From Bdellovibrionales bacterium (GTDB taxonomy: Bacteria > Pseudomonadota > Alphaproteobacteria > UBA9219), in NCBI GenBank assembly GCA_041662785.1, contig JBAZRW010000001.1:375768-439767 (forward strand): a stretch of 64,000 bases of DNA. The letters run 5' to 3'. Positions 20,813 through 29,687 of the stretch are shown piece by piece (position 1 is the stretch's first letter; every line of letters starts with the position of its first letter). Below the pieces are notes generated by a model, which did not search any database, was not told where the DNA came from, and saw nothing but the letters and a program-made list of their open reading frames with translations. The position numbers were made by a program, and so were the translations under genes.

Positions 20813-20838
20813 GTCATTCCGGCGTAAGCCGGAATACC
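20813..20838. repeat. Single family-A-like palindromic arm (variant)
   Basis: GTCATTCCGGCGTAAGCCGGAATACC. This is the same variant type as the arm at 52184. Confidence 0.6.
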
Positions 20839-21040
20839 AGCCCTTGCGGAGAGTCCACTATTGTTTTCGTGAAAAGGGGGAAGCGTCGGACGTGGCGCTC
20901 AAACTGCAACGACGGGCGGGCGGAAACATGGGTGCTTATTGATTCTTATCATGAAAAAGATGAATTGCTTTCATAAAAATATGTTATTATGGACCGCGAC
21001 AAAGACATATAGAACAAACAGCTATATTGGGGGAATTATC

Positions 21041-21598
21041 ATGACAAGAGGGATTACAATTCAAGTAAATACAATGACAAAAGAACAAATCGCATTGCTT
21101 TTCGTTAGCTTCCAGCTTGACCAGAATCCTTTGTTTAACACCCGGTTAATGAACGAAACGTCATCATATAAAGACATGGGAGCTGTGGTATACCATGATG
21201 CTAAAGATAGGAAAAACTTCTTTAAATTTGCAGGGGCAAAACTGGTTGCAGACACGAAACGGACAGCTATTGAAAAGCTAATGAAGGTTGGCCTCCTGCC
21301 AGATTTTTTTAGTAGGCTTTACACAAAAGCTATAGTCTCCGAATTGGAAGTTTCTTCACGGTTTTTGTTAAGCCACAACCATTCTGCCCGAAGAGTGGCC
21401 GAACACATTTTTCCCGCTGATTGTGGTAAAAACGATGCAGAAACACGGAAATCGGAAAAATTTATCATGCAGGTTATTGATCTTGCTCTGGCCGCTGTTA
21501 ACGAAGTGCAAACCCCTTCCCTAAAGGCCCTTTTGCAATCACGCAGAACTGATGCGGAACAAAGACTTCTTAGGCTGGAGGCGAAAGCCTTGGGATAA
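21041..21598 (+). CDS. Hypothetical protein (185 aa), AT-rich orphan
   Basis: ATG at 21041 is preceded by GGGGGA. No recognisable motif. Clearly AT-richer than the neighbours. The ORF could start as early as 20939. Confidence 0.45.
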   Translation: MTRGITIQVNTMTKEQIALLFVSFQLDQNPLFNTRLMNETSSYKDMGAVVYHDAKDRKNFFKFAGAKLVADTKRTAIEKLMKVGLLPDFFSRLYTKAIVSELEVSSRFLLSHNHSARRVAEHIFPADCGKNDAETRKSEKFIMQVIDLALAAVNEVQTPSLKALLQSRRTDAEQRLLRLEAKALG

Positions 21599-21774
21599 AT
21601 ATACCGAAGACTCACCAGCAACTAAAAGCACGGCCTGATTCAGGAATATTCTACTGCCGTCACAAGTTTTGGAGAAAGTCGCGGATTGACTTCCCACTGC
21701 CCAGCTTCATCCTGTCCGGCACGCCAATTTCTGTTTGTATAGCGGATCCATTTAATTTCAGGACTTCTCTCGCC

Positions 21775-21937
21775 GTCATCGCGAGGGGCCCCAGCGAAGG
21801 CTGGGGGACCGTGGCGATCCATCTCCTTAATGAACAACCAAATCAGGGGTGGAAACGACAGGAGATGGATCCCCCTACGCTGCTTCGCAGCTTCGGCGCG
21901 ACAGGTTGCCACGCTCCCGTTGGTCGCTCGCAATGAC
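21775..21937 (-). repeat. Family-B MITE-like element (long copy)
   Basis: Termini GTCATTGCGAGCGACCAACGGGAGCG ... CTCGCGATGAC (read on the minus strand). Internal inverted repeat TCCATCTCCT/AGGAGATGGA. Homologous to 54104-54224. Confidence 0.7.
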
Positions 21938-22023
21938 GCGGGATATTATGGAAATTATTCGGTTTGACTATAGCCTACGTCAGATAAAATGATTCAAAAA
22001 TCAAAGGGGCCGTGGGGGTCGTG

Positions 22024-22974
22024 TTAAAAAGTCTGCCGCGCCGCCTCAACGTCTTTTTGGATTTGCGCCTGAAGCGCGGCAAGGCCGTCAAACGTCATTT
22101 CGGGGCGCAAAAAGCGATGAAGCTCGACCTCCCACACCTGCCCGTAAATATCCCCGTTAAAGTCAAACAAATGAACTTCGAGAAGGGCGGGCGCTTCCCC
22201 AAAGGTAGGCCGAACGCCAAAGTTAGCGACGCCACAAAACGTCTCTCCCCCGCCCTCCTGCGAGCGCGCCTTAATGGCATAAACGCCCTGTAGGGGCTGA
22301 GCCAACGCGCCAAGCGCGATATTCGCCGTAGGAAAGCCCAGCGTCCGGCCTCGCCCCTCTCCCGCCAGAACAACCCCGCTAAGGGTAAAGGGCCTTCCCA
22401 AAAGCTTGGCGGCAGAGGCCACGTCGCCCTTACGCACGGCGGCACGAATGCGCGAGGACGAAATAATCTCGCCGCCCTCGTCGCGCTTGGGTGGCGCGCT
22501 GGTCACGCCCACACCCAAAGGCTCCAGCTTTTGCCGAAGGGCGCGGCCATCGCCGCCACGCCCGCGCCCAAAGACAAAATCAAAACCGACAACAACATGC
22601 GCCGCCTGACACGCGCCGATAAGCACGTCCTGAATAAACGCCTCCGGCGTCAGCGCCGCAAAGGCGGGCGTGAAGGGAAGGGTGGCGACGTCGTCCGCCC
22701 CCGCCTCTAAAAGCAAGTGGCGCTTGGCTTCCGGTGGGGTCAATAAAAAGGGGCGTTTGTCTTTTTGAAAAAAGGCATGGGGATGCGGATCAAACGTCAG
22801 CGCATGAACGGGCAGGGCAAGCCTTTTCCCTTCCTGAACCGCCGCCGCGATAACGGCCCTGTGTCCAAGGTGAACGCCATCGAAATTCCCAAGCGCCCAC
22901 ACCCCGCCCGTGACAACCGGCTGGTGGGTTATGGCATCAAGGATGCTTTTCTCTTTGGCTTTTCCGCCTGTCAT
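22024..22974 (-). CDS. ribF: Bifunctional riboflavin kinase / FMN adenylyltransferase
   Basis: 316 aa with GNFDGVHLGH near the N-terminus and the C-terminal riboflavin-kinase domain PTANI...GVY. Confidence 0.9.
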   Translation of the reverse strand: MTGGKAKEKSILDAITHQPVVTGGVWALGNFDGVHLGHRAVIAAAVQEGKRLALPVHALTFDPHPHAFFQKDKRPFLLTPPEAKRHLLLEAGADDVATLPFTPAFAALTPEAFIQDVLIGACQAAHVVVGFDFVFGRGRGGDGRALRQKLEPLGVGVTSAPPKRDEGGEIISSSRIRAAVRKGDVASAAKLLGRPFTLSGVVLAGEGRGRTLGFPTANIALGALAQPLQGVYAIKARSQEGGGETFCGVANFGVRPTFGEAPALLEVHLFDFNGDIYGQVWEVELHRFLRPEMTFDGLAALQAQIQKDVEAARQTF

Positions 22975-23432
22975 TCCGTGGATCCATTATCTTTTTTCTG
23001 CCAGCCGCGCTCGCCCTGCTGCCAATAGGTCAGCGCGTGGCCTTGCCCTTTATACGCCGCCCACCGCGCCCGTGCAGCGGCTACAGCGGCATCCTCTTGC
23101 CCGTCAAAAACATCGCAAACCAGATCAAAGCCGTCTGCCTTCGGCGCGGCCTCGGCCCCGATGACAAAAAGGACGCTCGCCTCGTTCGGGTTTTCGTCTA
23201 GCGTTGTCAGCCATAGGGGCTGCTCTTCGGCGCGGCCATCCTTGACCGAGCCATGGGGCAGAAAGCTATCGGCGCGATGCTGCCACAAATGCGCATCCAT
23301 AGCCGCAACCTGCGCTTCGTCGGGCAGCTTCACAACAGCCCGCCAGCCCCGCGCCAGCGTTTTTTCCAAAAGGTCGGGGAGCGCCTGCTGGGCCGACTGG
23401 CGCGTGAGATGATAAAAGCGAACGTCAGTCAT
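22971..23432 (-). CDS. holC: DNA polymerase III chi subunit
   Basis: MTDVRFYHLTRQSAQQALPDLLEKTL... is a typical HolC N-terminus. Its ATG overlaps the pepA stop (ATGA). pepA-holC synteny. Confidence 0.8.
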   Translation of the reverse strand: MTDVRFYHLTRQSAQQALPDLLEKTLARGWRAVVKLPDEAQVAAMDAHLWQHRADSFLPHGSVKDGRAEEQPLWLTTLDENPNEASVLFVIGAEAAPKADGFDLVCDVFDGQEDAAVAAARARWAAYKGQGHALTYWQQGERGWQKKDNGSTE

Positions 23433-24946
23433 TTCTCGCACGTTTCGGTCACAAAGCGATCCAAAAGGCGCACGCCAAAGCCACTGGCTCCCTTGGGACA
23501 AAGGGACTCCCCCTCGCTCTGCCACGCCTTACCGGCGATATCCAGATGCGCCCACGGCGTTCCCTTGTTCACAAAGCGTCCCAGAAACTGCGCGGCGGTA
23601 ACGCTTCCCGCCAAGGGCGATTCCGCAATGTTTTTTATATCGGCAATGGGTGATTTCAGGAGCTTATCAAAGCTGTCGTGCATCGGCATCCGCCAAAGCC
23701 ATTCCCCCGTCGCCTCGCCCGCCGCCAAAAGCTGCGCCGCCATCGCGTCATCATTGGCGAACAGGCCCGCATAGCGCTCACCCAACGCGGTCTTGATCGC
23801 GCCCGTTAGCGTTGCCAAATCGATGATCGCGCGCGGCTTGTAGTGATCCTGCGCATACCAAAGCGCGTCGGCCAGAACAAGGCGGCCTTCTGCATCGGTG
23901 TTCAAAACTTCGATGGTTTGCCCCGACGCGCTTTTCACCACATCACCGGGGCGCATGGCTTTTCCCGAAGGCATATTTTCAACAAGCCCCACAACGCCAA
24001 CCACGTTGGCTTTTGCCTTGCGCAGGGCCAAAGCCTTCATCGCGCCGATCACTGCTGCCGCGCCCGCCATGTCATACTTCATCGCGCCCATGCCCGCACC
24101 GGGCTTAAGCGAAATCCCGCCCGTATCAAACGTCACACCCTTGCCCACAAAGGCGAGGGGGCGTTTGTCTTTGGCGGCGGCGTCGCCCTTCCAGCTCATC
24201 GCGACAAGAAAGGGTGGCTTTTCGCTGCCCTGCGCAACGCCCAGCAAGGCCCCCATGCCCAGCTTTTCCATCTGGGCTTTATCCAGAATCTCGACCTCAA
24301 CGCCCAGCTCTTTCAGCGCCACGGCAGCCTGCGCCATGGCGGCGGGATCTAGGGTGTTTGCAGGCTCAGAGACAAGGTCACGCGCCAAGGTCACGCCTGT
24401 CACAATCTTCATTTTTTCGGCCAATAGCTTTTTCGCCGCCACCTCGTTTTTCACAACCAGCGTCAGCGCTTTAAGCTTAGCCGTGCGGTCCTTCTTTTTT
24501 GTATGGTATTTATCGAAATGATAAGCGCGAAGCTGCGCCCCAAGCGCCATAGACGTGGCGACCTCTTCCTCACCCAAAAGAGCGCCCTTAAAAACATCGA
24601 TCAGCAAAAGGCCCCCTGCCGCGCCTTCTCCTGTTTTTTCCTTGGCCAAGGCAGCATAGGCCTCACCGCCCGCGTTTTCATAAGCCAGCGCGTCGGCCTT
24701 GCTGGCCTCCCCCACGCCGACCAAAACCACAAGCGCAGGCCCGCCCTTAGGTGGCGCAAGAAGGGTCAGGGTTTGCCCTGCCTCTCCTTTAAAAGACGAA
24801 AAGGTTTTAAGGGCGCGTTTGACCGCGCCACCCATTTTTTGATCCACAAGCAAGCCCTGAGCGCCCAATTTTCCGCCTTGTCCCACCAACACCGCCACCG
24901 CGCTGTTTTTCATCGAGGCCGTCTTAACGCATGTCATTTTAAGCAT
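23429..24946 (-). CDS. pepA: Leucyl aminopeptidase (M17)
   Basis: Contains VGKGVTFDTGGISLKP and NTDAEGRLVLADAL signatures. Confidence 0.9.
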   Translation of the reverse strand: MLKMTCVKTASMKNSAVAVLVGQGGKLGAQGLLVDQKMGGAVKRALKTFSSFKGEAGQTLTLLAPPKGGPALVVLVGVGEASKADALAYENAGGEAYAALAKEKTGEGAAGGLLLIDVFKGALLGEEEVATSMALGAQLRAYHFDKYHTKKKDRTAKLKALTLVVKNEVAAKKLLAEKMKIVTGVTLARDLVSEPANTLDPAAMAQAAVALKELGVEVEILDKAQMEKLGMGALLGVAQGSEKPPFLVAMSWKGDAAAKDKRPLAFVGKGVTFDTGGISLKPGAGMGAMKYDMAGAAAVIGAMKALALRKAKANVVGVVGLVENMPSGKAMRPGDVVKSASGQTIEVLNTDAEGRLVLADALWYAQDHYKPRAIIDLATLTGAIKTALGERYAGLFANDDAMAAQLLAAGEATGEWLWRMPMHDSFDKLLKSPIADIKNIAESPLAGSVTAAQFLGRFVNKGTPWAHLDIAGKAWQSEGESLCPKGASGFGVRLLDRFVTETCEK

Positions 24947-25108
24947 GAAAGTCTCCTAGAAAAGGGAAGGGGGGTCACACGTTAACAAGAGTGGGAGACT
25001 TTTTTGTTTTAGGCAAGTCCCTTTTGCGTGATTTTCTTTGGAAAAAGGAATAAAAGAAAGGCTAATGCCAAACGGCCAATGAGGGGACTCGTGGCAAAGA
25101 GGAAGCAC

Positions 25109-25248
25109 AAACGGGATCCCCGCTTTCGCGGGGATGACGAGGAAGAGAAATGGTTAGGATTGGATAATAGGGTGCGCTTTCTTTTTCTTTCCTCCGGTCT
25201 TTTGTAACAAAACCCGCCGTCATCCCCGCGAAAGCGGGGATCCGGTTT
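25109..25248. repeat. Family-A element, 140-bp class
   Basis: Arms AAACGGGATCCCCGCTTTCGCGGGGATGAC and GTCATCCCCGCGAAAGCGGGGATCCGGTTT. The spacer is similar to that of the 34991-35130 copy (AATGGTTAG..GGATAA..GTGCGCTTTCT). Confidence 0.85.
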
Positions 25249-25314
25249 CCTTTTTTTCTTATGAATCCTTTCATAGGGCGGTTCGTATAAACTAAATCAG
25301 AAAGCTAGCAAGCC

Positions 25315-26127
25315 ATGCGTATTCTTTTTTTAGGCGATGTGATGGGTCGGTCGGGCCGCGATGGGGTTGCCGCGCATTGGGCTTCGCTCAAAACAAAGCT
25401 CAAGCCCGATGTGATCATCATCAATGCCGAGAACGCGGCGGCGGGTCATGGGGTCACCCTTAAAATCGCGCAGGACTTTTTCGCCCTTGGCGCAACGTGC
25501 CTGACGACAGGCAATCACGCGTTCAACCAAAAAGAAGTTTTCCTTTCCCTGGCGCAAGAGCCTCGGCTTTTGCGCCCCCTCAATTATCCCGAAGGCACGG
25601 TGGGAAAGGGCGTTTATGTTCACGCGCTCCCCGATGGGCGCAAAATCGCCATTGCCAATATCATGGGCCATTTGCATATGACGCCAACGCTAGACGATCC
25701 CTTTCTTGCGGCTGAAAAACTTGCCAGTCACTATCGCCTTGGCCATCAGGTGCAGGCCCTTTTTGTGGATTTTCATGCCGAGGCGTCATCGGAAAAAATG
25801 GCGCTGGCGCATTTTCTGGATGGCCGCGCCTCAGCCGTTATTGGCACGCACACGCACATCCCCACGGCGGATGAGCAAATCCTGCCCCAAGGAACCGCCT
25901 ATCAAACCGATGCGGGTATGTGCGGCGACTTTGACAGTGTGATCGGGATGAAAAAAGAAGCGGCGCTGTGGCGCTTTATGCGCAAGACGCCGGGCGAGCG
26001 CTTGACCGCCGCCGAAGGCGAAGCGACCCTGTGCGGTTGCTTTATTGAAACCGACGACACGACAGGCCTTGCCACAAACATCACCGCAATCCAGCTAGGC
26101 GGTAAGCTTAAGGCGCGGGGTTTATAA
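25315..26127 (+). CDS. YmdB-family metallophosphoesterase
   Basis: MRILFLGDVMGRSGR..., INAENAAAGHG, GNHAFNQ and THTHIPTAD motifs. Confidence 0.8.
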   Translation: MRILFLGDVMGRSGRDGVAAHWASLKTKLKPDVIIINAENAAAGHGVTLKIAQDFFALGATCLTTGNHAFNQKEVFLSLAQEPRLLRPLNYPEGTVGKGVYVHALPDGRKIAIANIMGHLHMTPTLDDPFLAAEKLASHYRLGHQVQALFVDFHAEASSEKMALAHFLDGRASAVIGTHTHIPTADEQILPQGTAYQTDAGMCGDFDSVIGMKKEAALWRFMRKTPGERLTAAEGEATLCGCFIETDDTTGLATNITAIQLGGKLKARGL

Positions 26128-26132
26128 AACCC

Positions 26133-27431
26133 TTATTCCGAAGAACCGCGCCGGGGCTTGGCGATATCGTTCGTGTTTTGGTTCATCGATTCAAAGAAGT
26201 CCGCGTTGGTCTTGCTGTACTTCAGCTTGTCCAAAAGGAACTCCATCGCGTCGGTCGTGCCCATGGGCATCAGCACGCGGCGAAGCACCCACATCTTGGA
26301 CATCGTGGCCTTGTCGACCAGCAGCTCTTCCTTGCGCGTGCCCGACTTGGTGATGTCGATGGCGGGGAACGAGCGACGATCCGACAGCTTGCGATCCAGA
26401 ATAATTTCCGAATTGCCCGTGCCCTTGAATTCTTCAAAAATGACTTCGTCCATGCGACTGCCCGTGTCTATAAGCGCCGTCGCGATAATGGTGAGCGAGC
26501 CACCGCCTTCAATGTTACGCGCCGCACCAAAGAAGCGTTTAGGGCGCTGCAAGGCATTAGCATCAACGCCGCCCGTCAGAACCTTACCGGATGAGGGCAC
26601 AACGGTGTTGTACGCCCGCGCAAGGCGCGTGATGCTGTCCAACAAAATCACGACATCGCGCTTGTGCTCGACAAGGCGTTTGGCCTTTTCGATGACCATT
26701 TCGGCCACCTGAACGTGGCGCGAGGCCGGTTCGTCAAAGGTCGAGCTGATGACTTCGCCCTGAACCGAGCGCGCCATATCCGTGACTTCTTCGGGGCGTT
26801 CGTCGATAAGCAAGACAATCAGATAAACATTTGGATTATTTTTAGTAATCGCGTGAGCAATGTTTTGCAGCATCACGGTTTTGCCCGTGCGGGGCGGGGC
26901 GACGATCAACGCACGCTGGCCCATACCAAGGGGCGAGATCAAATCGATCACGCGCGTTGTGTATTCTTTTTTCGCCGGATCCTGCATATCCAAAAGCAAG
27001 CGACGATCCGGATACAGCGGCGTCAAATTGTCAAAGCCAATGCGATGGCGCGTTTTTTCCGGCTCTTCGAAATTAATGTTGCCCACCTTAAGCAGGGCAA
27101 AATAACGCTCGCCCTCCTTTGGGGCGCGGATTTCGCCTTCCACCGTATCGCCTGTGCGCAGGCTAAACTTGCGAACCTGACTGGGCGAGACATAGATATC
27201 ATCGGGGCCAGCCAGATAATTGGATTCCGGTGAGCGCAGAAAGCCGAAGCCATCGGGCAAGACTTCCAGAACGCCTTCGCCATAAATGGCGTTTCCTTTT
27301 TCCGCTTGCGCTTTCAAAATCGCAAACATCATTTCCTGTTTGCGCATCGCGGCAGCGTTTTCGATTTCATTTTCTTCCGCAAAGGCTAGAAGCTCAGCGG
27401 GGGTTTTAGCTTTGAGTTCACGTAAATTCAT
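26133..27431 (-). CDS. rho: Transcription termination factor Rho
   Basis: Contains GFGFLR, Walker A PPRTGKT and [21 protein letters not shown]. Confidence 0.95.
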   Translation of the reverse strand: MNLRELKAKTPAELLAFAEENEIENAAAMRKQEMMFAILKAQAEKGNAIYGEGVLEVLPDGFGFLRSPESNYLAGPDDIYVSPSQVRKFSLRTGDTVEGEIRAPKEGERYFALLKVGNINFEEPEKTRHRIGFDNLTPLYPDRRLLLDMQDPAKKEYTTRVIDLISPLGMGQRALIVAPPRTGKTVMLQNIAHAITKNNPNVYLIVLLIDERPEEVTDMARSVQGEVISSTFDEPASRHVQVAEMVIEKAKRLVEHKRDVVILLDSITRLARAYNTVVPSSGKVLTGGVDANALQRPKRFFGAARNIEGGGSLTIIATALIDTGSRMDEVIFEEFKGTGNSEIILDRKLSDRRSFPAIDITKSGTRKEELLVDKATMSKMWVLRRVLMPMGTTDAMEFLLDKLKYSKTNADFFESMNQNTNDIAKPRRGSSE

Positions 27432-27675
27432 GGTGTCCTTGTAGGTTTTAGAAAGGCTTGTTTATGATGATTTCTCGCGTTTCGTGAGAAGGGGGCCAAG
27501 GGGCTTTCGTGGTGAGACAGGCTTTTTTTTCTGCTTATGGCAGAATGTCTTTTCGCGCTGTTGTGAGAAGGCCGAAGAAGATAGGGATTGCTGTTTCCAG
27601 AAAAATTACCGCTTCAGCACGACCTTCCTTAGGCTTTCTTGCCCCTAATGTCAAAAAAAAACTATGGTTAATCCT

Positions 27676-28647
27676 TTATTTTCGCGTCTTTTCTGTGTTT
27701 TTAACGATCAACGCCGCAAGCCCCTTAATAAAAAGGGCGTCCGTCCCCACGGTTGGGACAACACGGGCAAATGGCGATCCCGCGTCAATCCCCAAAGCCA
27801 CCGCCTCTTGTTCCAATTCAACCAGCGTTTCCACATGCTCACTTACAAAAGAGATCGGCACAAGAATAATGGGGCGTTTTTCCCGCGCGGCCATTAAAAC
27901 CGTATCGCTTGTTGTGGGGGACTGCCACGCCGCCCGCCCCACGCGGCTTTGATAGGCCAAAGCGGGATCATGGGGGGGGTCGCCCTTCCACGCGGCAAGG
28001 ATCGCCGCCATCGTTTCCGCGCATTGCTGTGGATAAGGATCGCCCGCCCGCACAACAGAAAGCGGCAGGCCGTGCGCCGTGAAAATAACTTTGGGGTTTC
28101 CATGCCTCTTGGCTTCGTCAAAAACGTGTTCGACCTTTTGCGCCATCGCTTCGATAAAGCCTGCGTCCGTATGAAAAGACAAAACCTCTGTTATCGGCTC
28201 TTCTAAAAAGCCACAACGCTTGGCTTCTTTTTGCGCCTCGCGCAACGCGCTGGCCGTCGTCGTTGTCGAAAACTGCGGATAGAGGGGAAGAAAGACCAGA
28301 CGATCAGGCGCGTATTTTTTAACCTCTGCCATCATCTCGTCAATGAACGGGGGCGCATAGCGCATCCCTACAAAACAGCGAAACGCGCCACGCTTTGATA
28401 ATTCTTTTTCAAGCGCCGCCGCTTGCGCCTTTGTGTTGGCAAGCAACGGTGAGCTGCCGCCCAACTTTTTATAATTTTCGATAGCCGCTTTTTCACGCCG
28501 CCGCGCCAGATAAAACGCCAAAGGAATCCTGATAAAAAAAGGCAGGCGCAAAATGGCGGGGTCTTTAAACAGATTAAAAAGGAAAGGCCTTACGCCCTCC
28601 AACGATGCCGGCCCCCCCATGGACATTAGAATGGCCGCCGTTTTCAT
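27676..28647 (-). CDS. hemH: Ferrochelatase
   Basis: N-terminus ILMSMGGPASLEGVRPFLFNLFKDP and C-terminal FVSEHVETL. 4-nt overlap with hemE. Confidence 0.9.
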   Translation of the reverse strand: MKTAAILMSMGGPASLEGVRPFLFNLFKDPAILRLPFFIRIPLAFYLARRREKAAIENYKKLGGSSPLLANTKAQAAALEKELSKRGAFRCFVGMRYAPPFIDEMMAEVKKYAPDRLVFLPLYPQFSTTTTASALREAQKEAKRCGFLEEPITEVLSFHTDAGFIEAMAQKVEHVFDEAKRHGNPKVIFTAHGLPLSVVRAGDPYPQQCAETMAAILAAWKGDPPHDPALAYQSRVGRAAWQSPTTSDTVLMAAREKRPIILVPISFVSEHVETLVELEQEAVALGIDAGSPFARVVPTVGTDALFIKGLAALIVKNTEKTRK

Positions 28648-29687
28648 GCCTCGCCCTTTTGAAAGCCATGCACCAAAGCAACAAGCCGCGCTATATGATC
28701 GGGGTTTGTTTCTTTGATCACGCCGTGGCCCAGATTAAAAATAAGTTTTTCGCCAAGCACGTTCATTATTTTTTCAGCTTGATCATCCATGGCCTTTCCC
28801 CCAGCCAAAAGAAGATCAGGATCGAGATTCCCTTGAAGGCAGCCTAGTGGCAGTAATTCTTTTTTTGCCGAGTCCAAAGAAATGTTTTGATCAAGGCTAC
28901 AGCCGCTTATTCCTGTTTGTTCAAAATATTTTTTGTAATCGCTAAGGCTCGCGCCACGCGGAAAGCCGATGATCGGAAAGGATGGGTGCTTTTTTCGAAT
29001 GCCTTCAACCAGCATTTTCGTCGGCTCTATCACAAACGCCTGAAAGGCCTGCCCCGAAAGCTGCCCCGCGTGGCTTTCAAAGATTTGGATAACTTCCGCG
29101 CCAGCCTCTATCTGCCCCAACAGATAGACGAGTGTTGCCGCCTCTATTTTCTCTATCAGCGCCTTTAAAAAGGCTGGCTGGTGGAGTGCCGCCTCCTTGG
29201 CTTTCACAAAATCTTGCCGCCCTCGCCCCTCGATCATATAGCAAGCGACCGTCCACAGCCCCCCACAAAACCCGATCAAGGTTTGATGGCTTTTGAGCAG
29301 CGGCTTCACGCGCTGGATCGTTTCAAACACGGGCGCGATCCTTTCTGGTCTGTAGATCAAGCCTTGAGCCTGCTTTTCGTCTTCGATTGGCTGAAGGCGC
29401 GGGCCTTCCTTTTCGATAAAATCGACCTTAACCCCCAAAGCGTGTGGAACAAGCAGGATATCGGCAAAGAGAATGGCGACATCCAAATCAAAGCGCCGAA
29501 GCGGCTGAAGCGTCGCCTCGGCCGCCAAAGTTGGCGTTAGGCAAAAGTCGACAAAACCATCCGCCTTTTTCCTTAAATCATTATACTCTGGCAAATAGCG
29601 TCCTGCCTGCCGCATCAACCAGACAGGGATAAAATCCGATACCCCTTTGGTTAAAAGAGAAAGGACAGGCTTATCGGTCTTATGCAC
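28644..29687 (-). CDS. hemE: Uroporphyrinogen decarboxylase
   Basis: Contains PVWLMRQAGRYLPEY. I place the start at the GTG at 29687 (about 348 aa). The ATG at 29867 would add 60 non-conserved codons across the AT-rich DnaA-box region. Confidence 0.9.
   Translation of the reverse strand: MHKTDKPVLSLLTKGVSDFIPVWLMRQAGRYLPEYNDLRKKADGFVDFCLTPTLAAEATLQPLRRFDLDVAILFADILLVPHALGVKVDFIEKEGPRLQPIEDEKQAQGLIYRPERIAPVFETIQRVKPLLKSHQTLIGFCGGLWTVACYMIEGRGRQDFVKAKEAALHQPAFLKALIEKIEAATLVYLLGQIEAGAEVIQIFESHAGQLSGQAFQAFVIEPTKMLVEGIRKKHPSFPIIGFPRGASLSDYKKYFEQTGISGCSLDQNISLDSAKKELLPLGCLQGNLDPDLLLAGGKAMDDQAEKIMNVLGEKLIFNLGHGVIKETNPDHIARLVALVHGFQKGEA

Noticed and set aside
21640-21933. 97-aa minus-strand ORF
   Set aside because: Most of it is the translation of the family-B MITE copy, and there is no independent coding evidence. 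The non-repeat tail (EIKWIRYTNRNWRAGQDEAGQWEV) could be a gene fragment, but I cannot support that.
23253-24985. Several 160-207-aa plus-strand ORFs
   Set aside because: All are antisense to pepA (M17 signatures on the minus strand). Their composition is Ala/Arg/Pro-rich.
26158-27233. Plus-strand ORFs of 184 aa and 189 aa
   Set aside because: They are antisense to rho, whose identity is unambiguous.
27432-27675. Possible small ORF or RNA element in the long rho upstream region (ORF 27509-27952)
   Set aside because: The ORF overlaps the hemH 3' end on the antisense strand. A long rho leader is normal (autoregulation), and I see no conserved structure I can name.
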